A stretch of 56,871 bases of DNA. It comes from an archaeon. GTDB lineage: Archaea; Iainarchaeota; Iainarchaeia; Iainarchaeales; Iainarchaeaceae. Under the pieces are notes generated by a model, which was not told the DNA's origin, ran no database searches, and worked only from the letters and a program-made list of their open reading frames with translations. Position numbers and translations under genes: made by a program. Below, in pieces: positions 17,992 through 26,353 of the stretch (the stretch's first letter is position 1; every line of letters starts with the position of its first letter). Where the stretch lies: assembly GCA_024653905.1 (NCBI GenBank), contig JANLGZ010000070.1, forward strand, positions 1 through 56,871, read 5' to 3'.

Positions 17992-18140
17992 TTGATCACT
18001 ATAAAAGAAAAGCGAGCGGAGTATATTAAACCACCATCTTAATTTCACTTATTAACACAATTAAAGTAAAAATCTGCAATTAGGCAAAAAACTTACAAAT
18101 GAAAAAGTTTATTTAATAATTAAACAATAGTATATGAATC

Positions 18141-18926
18141 ATGAAAAGAATTATTTTAATCCTGGCTTTGCTTTTTCTTTCACTTAGCGTTAATGCGGTT
18201 GAAATAAATCAGTTAACAATCAATATTGCAGTTGATAATCAAGGATTTGCAAACATAGTGGAAAACTATGATTTACAGTTCATCAGCCCTTTTGAAGAAG
18301 CGGATTTTGCCAATAAAACAATTGAAAACTCATCAAGCCTGCAGGCATGGCAGGCAGACTACGATTTTTTTTACCCAAGGTTTGCACAAAACATTACTGA
18401 AATAAGCCCTACACCCCCGATAAAAATCAGTTTTAATAATGAGGCAAACAGGCTAACATTCGAATATAGTTTGCGCGAAAGATTTGCAACTTTAACATCA
18501 GAAGAACAAAGATCTGATTTTTTTATAATAAACAATAAACAATTGGCAATCTTTTTGGACACAAGCATAATAGTTATTCCTGAAAATAATACCGTCAGAA
18601 TAAACATACCTCAAAATTCTGAAATTGACACTTCAAAACTTCCTGAAAAAGCAGTGGTTTCAGGAAACACAATTATTCTAAGCGGAATTCGGAGTAATTC
18701 AATTTCCATTGAATACAGAGTCATGAAACCGATAGCCCCAACAAGCGGAGAACTCATACAGGGACTTTCTGGAATTTATGTAATACTTGCACCGATATTG
18801 ATTGTGCTTCTTGTATTTGCTTACATTAAAAGAAATGAGCTAGAAGAAAAAATTGAAACATATTTGGTTAAACATTCAGAAATGAAAACAAGAAAAGAAG
18901 AAGAAATCGATGTTGAACTGGATTAA
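18141..18926 (+). CDS. secreted, C-terminally anchored hypothetical protein
   Basis: Signal peptide MKRIILILALLFLSLSVNA. Transmembrane helix IYVILAPILIVLLVFAYI near the C-terminus, with a charged tail. Confidence 0.4.
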   Translation: MKRIILILALLFLSLSVNAVEINQLTINIAVDNQGFANIVENYDLQFISPFEEADFANKTIENSSSLQAWQADYDFFYPRFAQNITEISPTPPIKISFNNEANRLTFEYSLRERFATLTSEEQRSDFFIINNKQLAIFLDTSIIVIPENNTVRINIPQNSEIDTSKLPEKAVVSGNTIILSGIRSNSISIEYRVMKPIAPTSGELIQGLSGIYVILAPILIVLLVFAYIKRNELEEKIETYLVKHSEMKTRKEEEIDVELD

Positions 18927-19324
18927 TTCTTAAAAGAGCGGTGCTTTTTTATTTCTCCTTGAATAACTCCGCGGAAATTTATTTTAAGTTTTTTCAGAAT
19001 GTTTTGTATACTATAATCATCAGTAATGACAACAAACTTTGTTTTCCTTTCCCGAAACTCAATTGCAAGGGCAATAACAGAAATATCTGTGTCACTTATT
19101 TTTGTTCCTGATTCTGCACATTTCTGATTGGTAATCTGAACAGATAAAGGACAAGGATCCTGAATTGTTAATAATCCTTGATTTTCGGCATTTTCCGCAA
19201 GGGATTTGCTTCTGAAATCTTTTAATTCATTAAAAACATTAGAAGTAATGAAATATTTGTTTCCATTTTCAAAAGAGAAATTTTCATCGTTAAGAAGTGC
19301 GGGAGAATCAAGAATATAAATCAT
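18923..19324 (-). CDS. PIN-domain protein, Nob1-like
   Basis: 133 aa. MIYILDSPALL (first acidic residue), ISDTDISVIALAIEF and VVITDDYSIQNILKKLKI resemble the archaeal Nob1 PIN domain. No zinc ribbon is present. Confidence 0.55.
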   Translation of the reverse strand: MIYILDSPALLNDENFSFENGNKYFITSNVFNELKDFRSKSLAENAENQGLLTIQDPCPLSVQITNQKCAESGTKISDTDISVIALAIEFRERKTKFVVITDDYSIQNILKKLKINFRGVIQGEIKKHRSFKN

Positions 19325-19398
19325 GCCAAAAACAACCTCTAAATAGGTTACTATCCAATACTTTTAATACTAATGATATATTATAGTGCTGTGGTACA

Positions 19399-20844
19399 AT
19401 GGATCTAAAAGCCAAAATAAGGTCATTAAGCGAGATTGAAAAGAAAACCCTTAAAGTCCTCTCAAATGAGGAAAAGGAAATTTCTGAAATAAGCAAAGAA
19501 TCAGGCATTAATATTGATTCTGCAAGAAGGGCAGTTAACTGGTTAGAACAAAAAGAACTCGCAAAAATAACCCCTGTGAAAACAATCAAAGCAGGTTTAA
19601 CCAAGGAAGGAAAAAATGCTTTAGAAAATGGTCTGCCTGAACAGAGAATGTTAGATGTTCTTTCAGAGGAAGAAGAAACAAGTTTTGATGACACAATACA
19701 AAAGGCAAAATTATCCCAACAGGAATTTAATGTTGCTTTGGGTTTGAACAAAAGAAAAAATTTCGTTATTATTTCTAAAAAAGAAAAACCAATGCTTGAA
19801 TTAACAGGAATAAGCAAGGGTTTTGAAAGTGAAGAAAAAAAAGAACTCGAAAAAATTTCACAAGGCAAAAAAGCAGATTCACAAATAAGCAAAGAATTGG
19901 CTTCACGCGGGTTGGTTGAGGAAAAGGAAGAAATAACCCGAAAAGTTTCAATTACAAAAGAAGGAAGCACTGCACTTAACTCAAAAGAATTCTCAGAAGA
20001 AAGAAGCTACAATATTCATGAAAAAGTCCCTGAATTATTTATTGGAAAAAAACAACCATACATTCAGTTTCTGAATAACATCAGAAAAAAACTGGTTACT
20101 TTGGGTTTCAAAGAAATGCCTGAACGATTAGTTAATCAGGAATTTTACAATTTTGATGTTTTGTTCCAGCCACAGAATCATCCTGCCAGAACATGGACTG
20201 ATACTTATCAGTTAAAAAATCCTAAAATCGGAAAGCTCCCTAATCAGGAAAAAGTAAATGCGATAAAAAATGCGCATGAGCACGGCGGAAAAACAATTTC
20301 AAAAGGATGGGGTTACAGCTGGAATCCGGAAATCGCATCCAAATTAATGCCAACCGCCCATGGAACCGCGGCTGATGCAAGACAGATGATTGAAGGAGTT
20401 GAATTTCCGCGAAAATATTTTGTGATTAATAGGTGCTTCAGGCCTGATGTTTTGGACGCAACTCACTTAATTGAATTTAATCAATTAGATGGTTTTATTG
20501 TTGGGGAAGGATTGAGTTTCAGAAACCTCCTTGGGATTTTGAAAGATTTTGCAGTTGAAATTGCAGGAGCAACAGATGTAAGGTTTTTCCCGGATTATTA
20601 TCCTTTTACAGAACCAAGCGTACAACTATCTGCAAAGCATCCTGATTTAGGGTGGGTTGAATTTGCAGGGGCAGGAATTTTCAGACCAGAAATAACAGAA
20701 TCACTTGGAATCAAAGAACCAGTATTAGCCTGGGGAATGGGTGTTGATAGGCTTGCAATGTTCAAACTCGGAATCAAGGACATAAGGCACTTATTTTCTG
20801 ATGATTTAACTTGGTTAAGAAAATCAAAAATGGTGATTGACTAA
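19399..20844 (+). CDS. pheS: phenylalanine--tRNA ligase alpha subunit
   Basis: 481 aa. Class II core: FQPQNHPAR, RCFRPDVLDATHLIEFNQLDG, FAGAGIFRPE, AWGMGVDRLAM. Confidence 0.9.
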   Translation: MDLKAKIRSLSEIEKKTLKVLSNEEKEISEISKESGINIDSARRAVNWLEQKELAKITPVKTIKAGLTKEGKNALENGLPEQRMLDVLSEEEETSFDDTIQKAKLSQQEFNVALGLNKRKNFVIISKKEKPMLELTGISKGFESEEKKELEKISQGKKADSQISKELASRGLVEEKEEITRKVSITKEGSTALNSKEFSEERSYNIHEKVPELFIGKKQPYIQFLNNIRKKLVTLGFKEMPERLVNQEFYNFDVLFQPQNHPARTWTDTYQLKNPKIGKLPNQEKVNAIKNAHEHGGKTISKGWGYSWNPEIASKLMPTAHGTAADARQMIEGVEFPRKYFVINRCFRPDVLDATHLIEFNQLDGFIVGEGLSFRNLLGILKDFAVEIAGATDVRFFPDYYPFTEPSVQLSAKHPDLGWVEFAGAGIFRPEITESLGIKEPVLAWGMGVDRLAMFKLGIKDIRHLFSDDLTWLRKSKMVID

Positions 20845-21131
20845 TGCATAGAGAACCAACTACTTCTAAAAAGATAAACTATCGTTTGCCACGCACGCTT
20901 CAGGAAACACAAAGGAGACTCGGAATAGTAAATGCTCAAATAACAGAAAGTAATCAGCAAAGAACAGAAGAATATAGACAACTACAAGCCGCAAAGGATG
21001 AACCGGCAAAAACAAGAAAAATACAGCATAAGCTTGAAGTTATTTCCCGCAATATCAAAAGATGGATAGAAATAAAAGAAAATCTTTTAGCACATCTAAA
21101 AAAAGGGTTTCCTAGAGAGGGTGAAAAATAA
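20844..21131 (+). CDS. hypothetical basic coiled-coil protein (orfA of pheS-pheT insert)
   Basis: 95 aa, Q/R/K/E-rich and predicted helical. The start overlaps the pheS stop (TAATG). Codon and base composition differ from the neighbours. Confidence 0.5.
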   Translation: MHREPTTSKKINYRLPRTLQETQRRLGIVNAQITESNQQRTEEYRQLQAAKDEPAKTRKIQHKLEVISRNIKRWIEIKENLLAHLKKGFPREGEK

Positions 21132-21155
21132 TGCCAACAATTACCCCAAGCAAAA
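21114..21155 (+). repeat. imperfect direct repeat, copy 1 (orfA end / orfB start)
   Basis: agagagg-N10-ATGCCAACAATtaccCCAAGCAAAA. Compare with copy 2. Confidence 0.6.
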
Positions 21156-21505
21156 TGATAGATGCTTTAAACAACGTAGTCACTTCCTACGAAGAAAACA
21201 TTACTAGGGTCAACATAAAAATGGCGCCTATTCACGAAGAAATGCAAAGGTATAGAGCGAGACTACAACAGCTCAGACGTAAACTCAGACGCAAAGGACT
21301 TGGAGATGAAGGAGAGGAAATTGCGCTGCAGGAAGAACTGAAACAATTCAGAGAAAAACTGGCACAATCCAGAAAAAAATTTATAACACTCAAAAGAGAA
21401 GCAATAGCTCTTGAGAAACAATTCGAAAATGCAAGAATAATTTTACAGCAACACCACACAGCAATGAGGCGAATACAGCCACACAACACAGAGAGGCGAA
21501 AGTAA
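21131..21505 (+). CDS. hypothetical basic coiled-coil protein (orfB of pheS-pheT insert)
   Basis: 124 aa with heptad-like R/Q/K/E/L repeats. TAATG overlap with orfA, and its stop abuts the pheT ATG. The first 8 codons (MPTITPSK) mimic the pheT start (MPTIETSK). Confidence 0.5.
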   Translation: MPTITPSKMIDALNNVVTSYEENITRVNIKMAPIHEEMQRYRARLQQLRRKLRRKGLGDEGEEIALQEELKQFREKLAQSRKKFITLKREAIALEKQFENARIILQQHHTAMRRIQPHNTERRK

Positions 21506-21530
21506 ATGCCAACAATAGAAACAAGCAAAA
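21490..21530 (+). repeat. imperfect direct repeat, copy 2 (orfB end / pheT start)
   Basis: agagagg-N9-ATGCCAACAATagaaaCAAGCAAAA. From the ATG, 20 of 25 nt are identical to copy 1, and both share the upstream AGAGAGG heptamer. Confidence 0.6.
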
Positions 21531-23152
21531 AAGATTTAGAAAACCTTATCGGAAAAAAGTTCAGTGCTAAAGAACTTGATGAAGCATTAATGTTCATTAA
21601 AGGAGAAATTGATAAAATTGAAGGAGATGTACTTACAATTGATGTTAAAGAAACCAACAGACCGGATTTATGGAGCGCTGAAGGAATCGCACGCGAAATA
21701 CGGGCAAGGCTTGGCCTGGAAAAAGGAATTCTGAAATATAAAATCGGAAAATCAAATCTTATTGTTTCTATAGAAAAAAGTGTGAAAGAAACAAGACCTT
21801 ATACTGTTGCTGCAGTTGTTAAAGGAATAAAAATAACAGGTGAATTAATCAAACAGTTAGTGCAGTTGCAGGAAAAGGTCGACGGAACCCATGGAAGAAA
21901 AAGAAAAGAATCAGCAACAGGAATTTATGATTATGATAAAATAAAGGGAAATATAAGGTATTACGGCGCGGATCCAAAAAAGAAAAAATTCACCCCCCTT
22001 GAATACAAAGCAGAAATGGATTTGGAGGAAATATTAGAAACACACCCAAAAGGAAAAGAATATGCACATTTATTGAAAGGAAAAAAACTTTACCCTATAT
22101 TTGAGGACTCTGAAGGAAACGTTCTCTCAATGCCTCCTGTGATTAACTCAAATTATTCCGGAAAAGTAACAGAAGCAACAAAAAACTTATTCATAGAAGT
22201 CAGTGGTTTTCAGATTGAAACAATACTCACAGGATTACATGTAATGGTAATGGCTCTTGCGGATAGGGGCGGAAAAATTGAAAGCGTAACTATACTGGAT
22301 TCGAACGGTAAAAAAATTGTCACTCCTGATTTTAGTACAGAGAAAATTATTCTTGACCCTGCTTATGTGAGGAAAATCTCGGATTTGAATTTAACAGATA
22401 AACAAATAATTTTACTTCTGGAAAAAGCAAGGTATAATGTAAAAGCAAAAGGAAAGAAACTTGAGGTTGAATATCCTTCTTACAGGAAAGATATTCTTCA
22501 CCCGATTGATGTAGTGGAAGATATCATTATTGGTTATGGTTACAATAATATTGAACCTAAAAAAATCGAGATGAATGTTACAGGAGAAGAACTTCCGCAA
22601 AGAATTTATCTTGATAAAGCAAGGGATGTTTGTGCAGGATTAGGTTTACAGGAAGTACTTACATTCAATTTAACCTCAAAAGAAAAACAAACCAGCAGAA
22701 TTCTTTCAAAAGAAGATTTGGTGGAAATATCCAATCCAGTTTCCAGCAATTGGGAAGTAATGAGGAAAAAACTTATGCCTGAACTGCTTGACTTTTTATC
22801 AAAAAATAAACACGCTGAATATCCGCAAAGGATTTTTGAAATCGGAACTGTTCTTTCAATTGATGCAAAAAAAGAAGAAGGAGTTGACCAGAGTTATAAT
22901 TTAGGAATAGTTATTTCTGATTCGCGTGCAAATTTTACGCTTGCAAAATCAATACTGAATGCGATCTGCAACAACTTAGGCATTGAGTATTCTCTGAAAG
23001 AAACAAAATTAGGTTTTCTTGAAAACGGAAAATCCGGAGAAATAAAAACACCCAAAGGAAAAGGTTTCATTGGGGAAATACACAAGCAGGTATTGAGTAA
23101 CTTTGGACTGGATACTAAAACAATAGTAATAGAATTAGAGTTAATTCGTTAG
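21506..23152 (+). CDS. pheT: phenylalanine--tRNA ligase beta subunit
   Basis: 548 aa. Archaeal-type PheT architecture (B1, B3/4, B5 and a catalytic-like domain). NRPDLWSAEGIAREIR motif. Confidence 0.9.
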   Translation: MPTIETSKKDLENLIGKKFSAKELDEALMFIKGEIDKIEGDVLTIDVKETNRPDLWSAEGIAREIRARLGLEKGILKYKIGKSNLIVSIEKSVKETRPYTVAAVVKGIKITGELIKQLVQLQEKVDGTHGRKRKESATGIYDYDKIKGNIRYYGADPKKKKFTPLEYKAEMDLEEILETHPKGKEYAHLLKGKKLYPIFEDSEGNVLSMPPVINSNYSGKVTEATKNLFIEVSGFQIETILTGLHVMVMALADRGGKIESVTILDSNGKKIVTPDFSTEKIILDPAYVRKISDLNLTDKQIILLLEKARYNVKAKGKKLEVEYPSYRKDILHPIDVVEDIIIGYGYNNIEPKKIEMNVTGEELPQRIYLDKARDVCAGLGLQEVLTFNLTSKEKQTSRILSKEDLVEISNPVSSNWEVMRKKLMPELLDFLSKNKHAEYPQRIFEIGTVLSIDAKKEEGVDQSYNLGIVISDSRANFTLAKSILNAICNNLGIEYSLKETKLGFLENGKSGEIKTPKGKGFIGEIHKQVLSNFGLDTKTIVIELELIR

Positions 23153-24558
23153 AATAAAGTTGTTTGTTTTGCACCGTGTTCTTCTTCAGGTTCTTCTTTT
23201 AACTCAAGTTTTGAATCTATTTCTGAATCTAAATCTGGAATTTGTGTTTCGAGAACCGGCTGATTAAAAAATCTTTTAGGTTTGGCTGATTCTTCTCTAA
23301 TTTCCTGAGCGTCACTTATGATAGTTTTCACTTTTTTTGTATCGGATTTTGTGTTTAACAAAAACGCAACTTCCTTTTCATCCAATTCAAACAAAGCAGT
23401 TAAGCTTACAGCTTTTTCTCTGTTCTGGAAAATCATTTGCAAAAAAGGAAGATCTTTTGAAATAACAGCTCTGGAAGAAGAATGCATCTTAGAACCAATT
23501 TTTTTCCCCATGCTTTTTTTCATGGCTCTTATTCCTGATGTTCGAGAAAGCATTGAAAGCAAACCAGGAAACTGATAGGCAACAAAATCATGAGAAACTT
23601 CTTTCTTTGCAAGGCCAACTCCTTCAGAAGCAAGAGCAGAACTATACCTCAAAAAACCCCAATGTTGCCTGTTAAATATTCTGCCGTTAAAAACATCCGC
23701 TCTTGAAAGGCGATTGAAAGCAAGTGCGATTGTGTCTTTATCTTTATACTGCCTTGGAATGTTTTCTTCCACCCAACGAAAAAGCATATCATTGCTCAAA
23801 TCAGTTTTTGTTCTAGCATTTCTTATTTCAGAAAAATCAGTTCCTTTGAAAATAGCTTTCATAACAGTAAATATTTTTTGCTGTCTATCCCTTGAACCTA
23901 AAGAGTCAACATCTTCCATTGAAATGTTTTTATCCAAAGCGAGAATCTGAATATCAAGCAAAGCAGACCTCATGTCTCCGTTGGCATTTTTTGCAAGTTC
24001 TTTAATTGCTTCCTCATCAAAAGAAATTTTCTCCTCATCAAGAATTTCCCTTAATCTTTTTGCCATTGAAAGATAATTTATTTTTTTAAACTCAAATGCT
24101 TTGCAGATAAATCTTAAAGCAGAAATGTTTTTGTTGGAAAAAATATCATTGGCAGTTAATATTACAGGATTTTTAGCGGTTTTAATTATTGATGCAATTG
24201 CCGCAGCTCCGCCCCTGTCGGTTCTTGTTAAAGCATCAACCTCATCAATCAAAATCATTCTTCTTGAGCCAAAAAAAGAAGCATTTTGAGTAGCCGCGCC
24301 CACAACCCTTTCAATAACATCCTTAGAACGAAGATCAGAATTATTTAATTCAACAACATTCCAATTGAATTGTTTAGCCAATAAATAAGCAAGAGATGTT
24401 TTTCCTGAACCTGTCTGTCCCCATAAAAGTAAAGGAGGCTGGTTTTCGTTATTCTGCCACTTTTTGACCCAATCAACAGAACTTGTAACAATATCAGAAT
24501 TACCTATAAAAGTATCTGTTGTTTTTGGATTAAATTTTTCAGTCCAGAGTTCTGACAT
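23149..24558 (-). CDS. rfcL: replication factor C large subunit
   Basis: 469 aa. LWTEKFNP, Walker A LLLWGQTGSGKTSLA, Walker B ILIDEVDAL. The C-terminal tail ends KQTTLF (PIP-like). Confidence 0.85.
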   Translation of the reverse strand: MSELWTEKFNPKTTDTFIGNSDIVTSSVDWVKKWQNNENQPPLLLWGQTGSGKTSLAYLLAKQFNWNVVELNNSDLRSKDVIERVVGAATQNASFFGSRRMILIDEVDALTRTDRGGAAAIASIIKTAKNPVILTANDIFSNKNISALRFICKAFEFKKINYLSMAKRLREILDEEKISFDEEAIKELAKNANGDMRSALLDIQILALDKNISMEDVDSLGSRDRQQKIFTVMKAIFKGTDFSEIRNARTKTDLSNDMLFRWVEENIPRQYKDKDTIALAFNRLSRADVFNGRIFNRQHWGFLRYSSALASEGVGLAKKEVSHDFVAYQFPGLLSMLSRTSGIRAMKKSMGKKIGSKMHSSSRAVISKDLPFLQMIFQNREKAVSLTALFELDEKEVAFLLNTKSDTKKVKTIISDAQEIREESAKPKRFFNQPVLETQIPDLDSEIDSKLELKEEPEEEHGAKQTTLF

Positions 24559-24599
24559 AGAATAAAGAAAAGTAGGAAATGAATATAATAATAAGCAAA

Positions 24600-25718
24600 T
24601 TAACCCTGCAAAAACTGCTGCGGAATACTTGAAGAATATTCCTTTGTAATGCCTTTATTGCCTAGTTTTAGTTGTTTTGAGGAAATGAAATTCTTTTTCT
24701 CCAAATTTGAAAGAGTGTCTCTTAACCTTCGCTCCTTCAAAACAGCATCTTTGTTTTTTGAATAAATTTCGTAAATTTTTCCTGAATTAATGGGTTGATT
24801 TTCAGAGATTATTTTCACCAAAGCCAGTTCATCAGAATTCAGATGCGGAACCCCTTTAATCAGCGAAGCAGCATCAACAGATCCAAAAGCCTGCTGTAAA
24901 TTATCAAGAGAAACCTTTCCAGAATTTTCTCTCTCAGCAATTCTGCCCGCTTTCAATAATGATTCTATTGCAACTCTGCAGTCGCCTCCAAGTTTTGCTG
25001 CATGGGCAGCAGCAACATTAACAACATCCTTGTCATAAGCCCCGCCCAAAAAAGCAAGAGCCGCTCTTTCAGAAAGAATTGCTTTTAACTGTTCAGGAGT
25101 ATAAGGATTAAAAATAATTGTTTGTTCGGCTAATGAACTTTTTATTCGAGAATCAAGTTTTGAAGTTAAAGAAACATCATTGGAAATCATTACAACGCCG
25201 ATACTTTGTTTACCATATTCTACAATTCTAAGTAAATCATAAAGCAGTTTTGAATTTATTTCAGAAATAAGAAGCTGGTCAACCTCATCCAGAATTATTA
25301 TTGGAACGAAACCGCACTTTTTCAATGACTCGAGCATTTTTGTAAAAATTTCATCCGTAGCCAAACCCCTTCGCGGCAGAGCCGCACCTGCAAAATTCGC
25401 AATCGCGTTTAAAATAGCAGCCCTAGAACTAAATTCAAAACAATTCAAATACAAACTTTTTGATCTGTCAAAATTTTCTTCTAATTGTTTTAACACAAAT
25501 TTTGCAGAAACGGTTTTCCCAACACCCGTTGGACCTGCAAGAAAAACATTCAGAGGTTTCTTTCCTTTTAATATCGGATCAAAACAATAAACAAGAGAAT
25601 CTATTTCTTTGTCTCTATAATGAAGTGTATCAGGCAAGTGTTCAGGATAAAGGTAGCGCTCATCTAGAAAAACGCTTTTTTCCTTTGAAGATTGCCTGAA
25701 AAGATTTTTCCTAACCAT
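24600..25718 (-). CDS. orc1: Orc1/Cdc6 replication initiator
   Basis: The ATG at 25718 gives MVRKNLFRQS.... LPDTLHYRDKEIDSL, Walker A LAGPTGVGKT, Walker B IILDEVDQL. C-terminal winged helix. The hydrophobic 16-aa extension to 25766 in the track is unlikely. Confidence 0.9.
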   Translation of the reverse strand: MVRKNLFRQSSKEKSVFLDERYLYPEHLPDTLHYRDKEIDSLVYCFDPILKGKKPLNVFLAGPTGVGKTVSAKFVLKQLEENFDRSKSLYLNCFEFSSRAAILNAIANFAGAALPRRGLATDEIFTKMLESLKKCGFVPIIILDEVDQLLISEINSKLLYDLLRIVEYGKQSIGVVMISNDVSLTSKLDSRIKSSLAEQTIIFNPYTPEQLKAILSERAALAFLGGAYDKDVVNVAAAHAAKLGGDCRVAIESLLKAGRIAERENSGKVSLDNLQQAFGSVDAASLIKGVPHLNSDELALVKIISENQPINSGKIYEIYSKNKDAVLKERRLRDTLSNLEKKNFISSKQLKLGNKGITKEYSSSIPQQFLQG

Positions 25719-25769
25719 AAATAAGAATAGAATTAAGTGTATTAAAAACAGTATGCGAACTTCCACAGT

Positions 25770-26040
25770 AACTAACCAGTACTATCAAGTCTGACTGAAA
25801 GTCAGACGAAGATGGTGTGCCCTACCCTCTAAAGAGGGTTCAGTCCAAAGGACCGAACAACCGCGAGCAAGTCCTAGCGGAGCTGGATGCTCCCCCCCCC
25901 GAGGAGCATGCTCGGGCGCACCGGCAATGTACCCCTTCCAAAGTGATTTATAAACCAAAATCACAATTAGTTCGGCTCATTGGGATTATGGATGTTAAGG
26001 GAACTTGACTACTTCTTGCCTCCCCCTTAACTCCCAAATA
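25770..26040 (+). ncRNA. GC-rich structured RNA; candidate reduced RNase P RNA (identity uncertain)
   Basis: Sharp GC island in an AT-rich intergenic region. Hairpins: 25789-25807 (7 bp, UGAAA loop), 25825-25838 (CCCUC-UAAA-GAGGG), 25880-25913 (11 bp with a bulge, C9 loop), 25943-25964 and 25994-26031. AAAGGACCGAAC (25847-25858) can pair with GUUCGG in ACAAUUAGUUCGGCUCAU (25963-25980). These resemble the RNase P P4 strands GAAAGUCCGGGC / ACAGAAnnCGGCUUA. The ends are approximate. Confidence 0.45.
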
Positions 26041-26089
26041 CCCCTTCAAAAAAATTCAAAAAAAAGACAAGAGACGTTACGCTGCAGTC

Positions 26090-26278
26090 ATGAGCAAAAT
26101 TGAGGAAATTATTTCAAGCCCTGAAATTGAACACTACAAAAATCTGTCAAACTTGATGAAAGAATTCAAACGGGTTCACATCGACTCATATTTTGTGATG
26201 TTATTCAAATTTGAAAAAAATTCAGAAAAAATAAAATTTGAAGACTTACAGCACCACGACATTATTTACCGAAATTAA
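26090..26278 (+). CDS. hypothetical small protein
   Basis: 62-aa ORF only. No recognisable motif. Confidence 0.25.
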   Translation: MSKIEEIISSPEIEHYKNLSNLMKEFKRVHIDSYFVMLFKFEKNSEKIKFEDLQHHDIIYRN

Positions 26279-26353
26279 TTCTTCAGCAATCATAATGACT
26301 GAAGAACCAGATTACAATGATTTTTGCCCTAAGATTTATGAAATAACAAAACC

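Noticed and set aside
19308-19970. 220-aa ORF on the minus strand
   Set aside because: It lies entirely antisense to the well-supported pheS gene. Its translation is low-complexity and S/F/L-rich, as expected from reading an A/G-rich coding strand backwards. There is no motif or ribosome-binding site.
21232-21657. 141-aa minus-strand ORF across the orfB/pheT junction
   Set aside because: S/C/L-rich shadow ORF. It crosses the coupled stop/start junction of plus-strand genes. The plus-strand reading has a much more protein-like composition.
25740-25790. Possible replication origin / ORB element directly upstream of orc1/cdc6 (aacTTCCACAGTAAC)
   Set aside because: There is only a single partial match to the mini-ORB consensus. 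There are no inverted ORB pair and no AT-rich unwinding element, and the space is occupied by the structured RNA. This is insufficient to call an origin.
25817-26008. 63-aa plus-strand ORF (MPYPLKRVQSKGPNNREQ...)
   Set aside because: It lies wholly inside the GC-rich hairpin-dense segment. Pro/Arg/Gly-rich composition is typical of translating structured RNA. No ribosome-binding site. It is better explained as an ncRNA.
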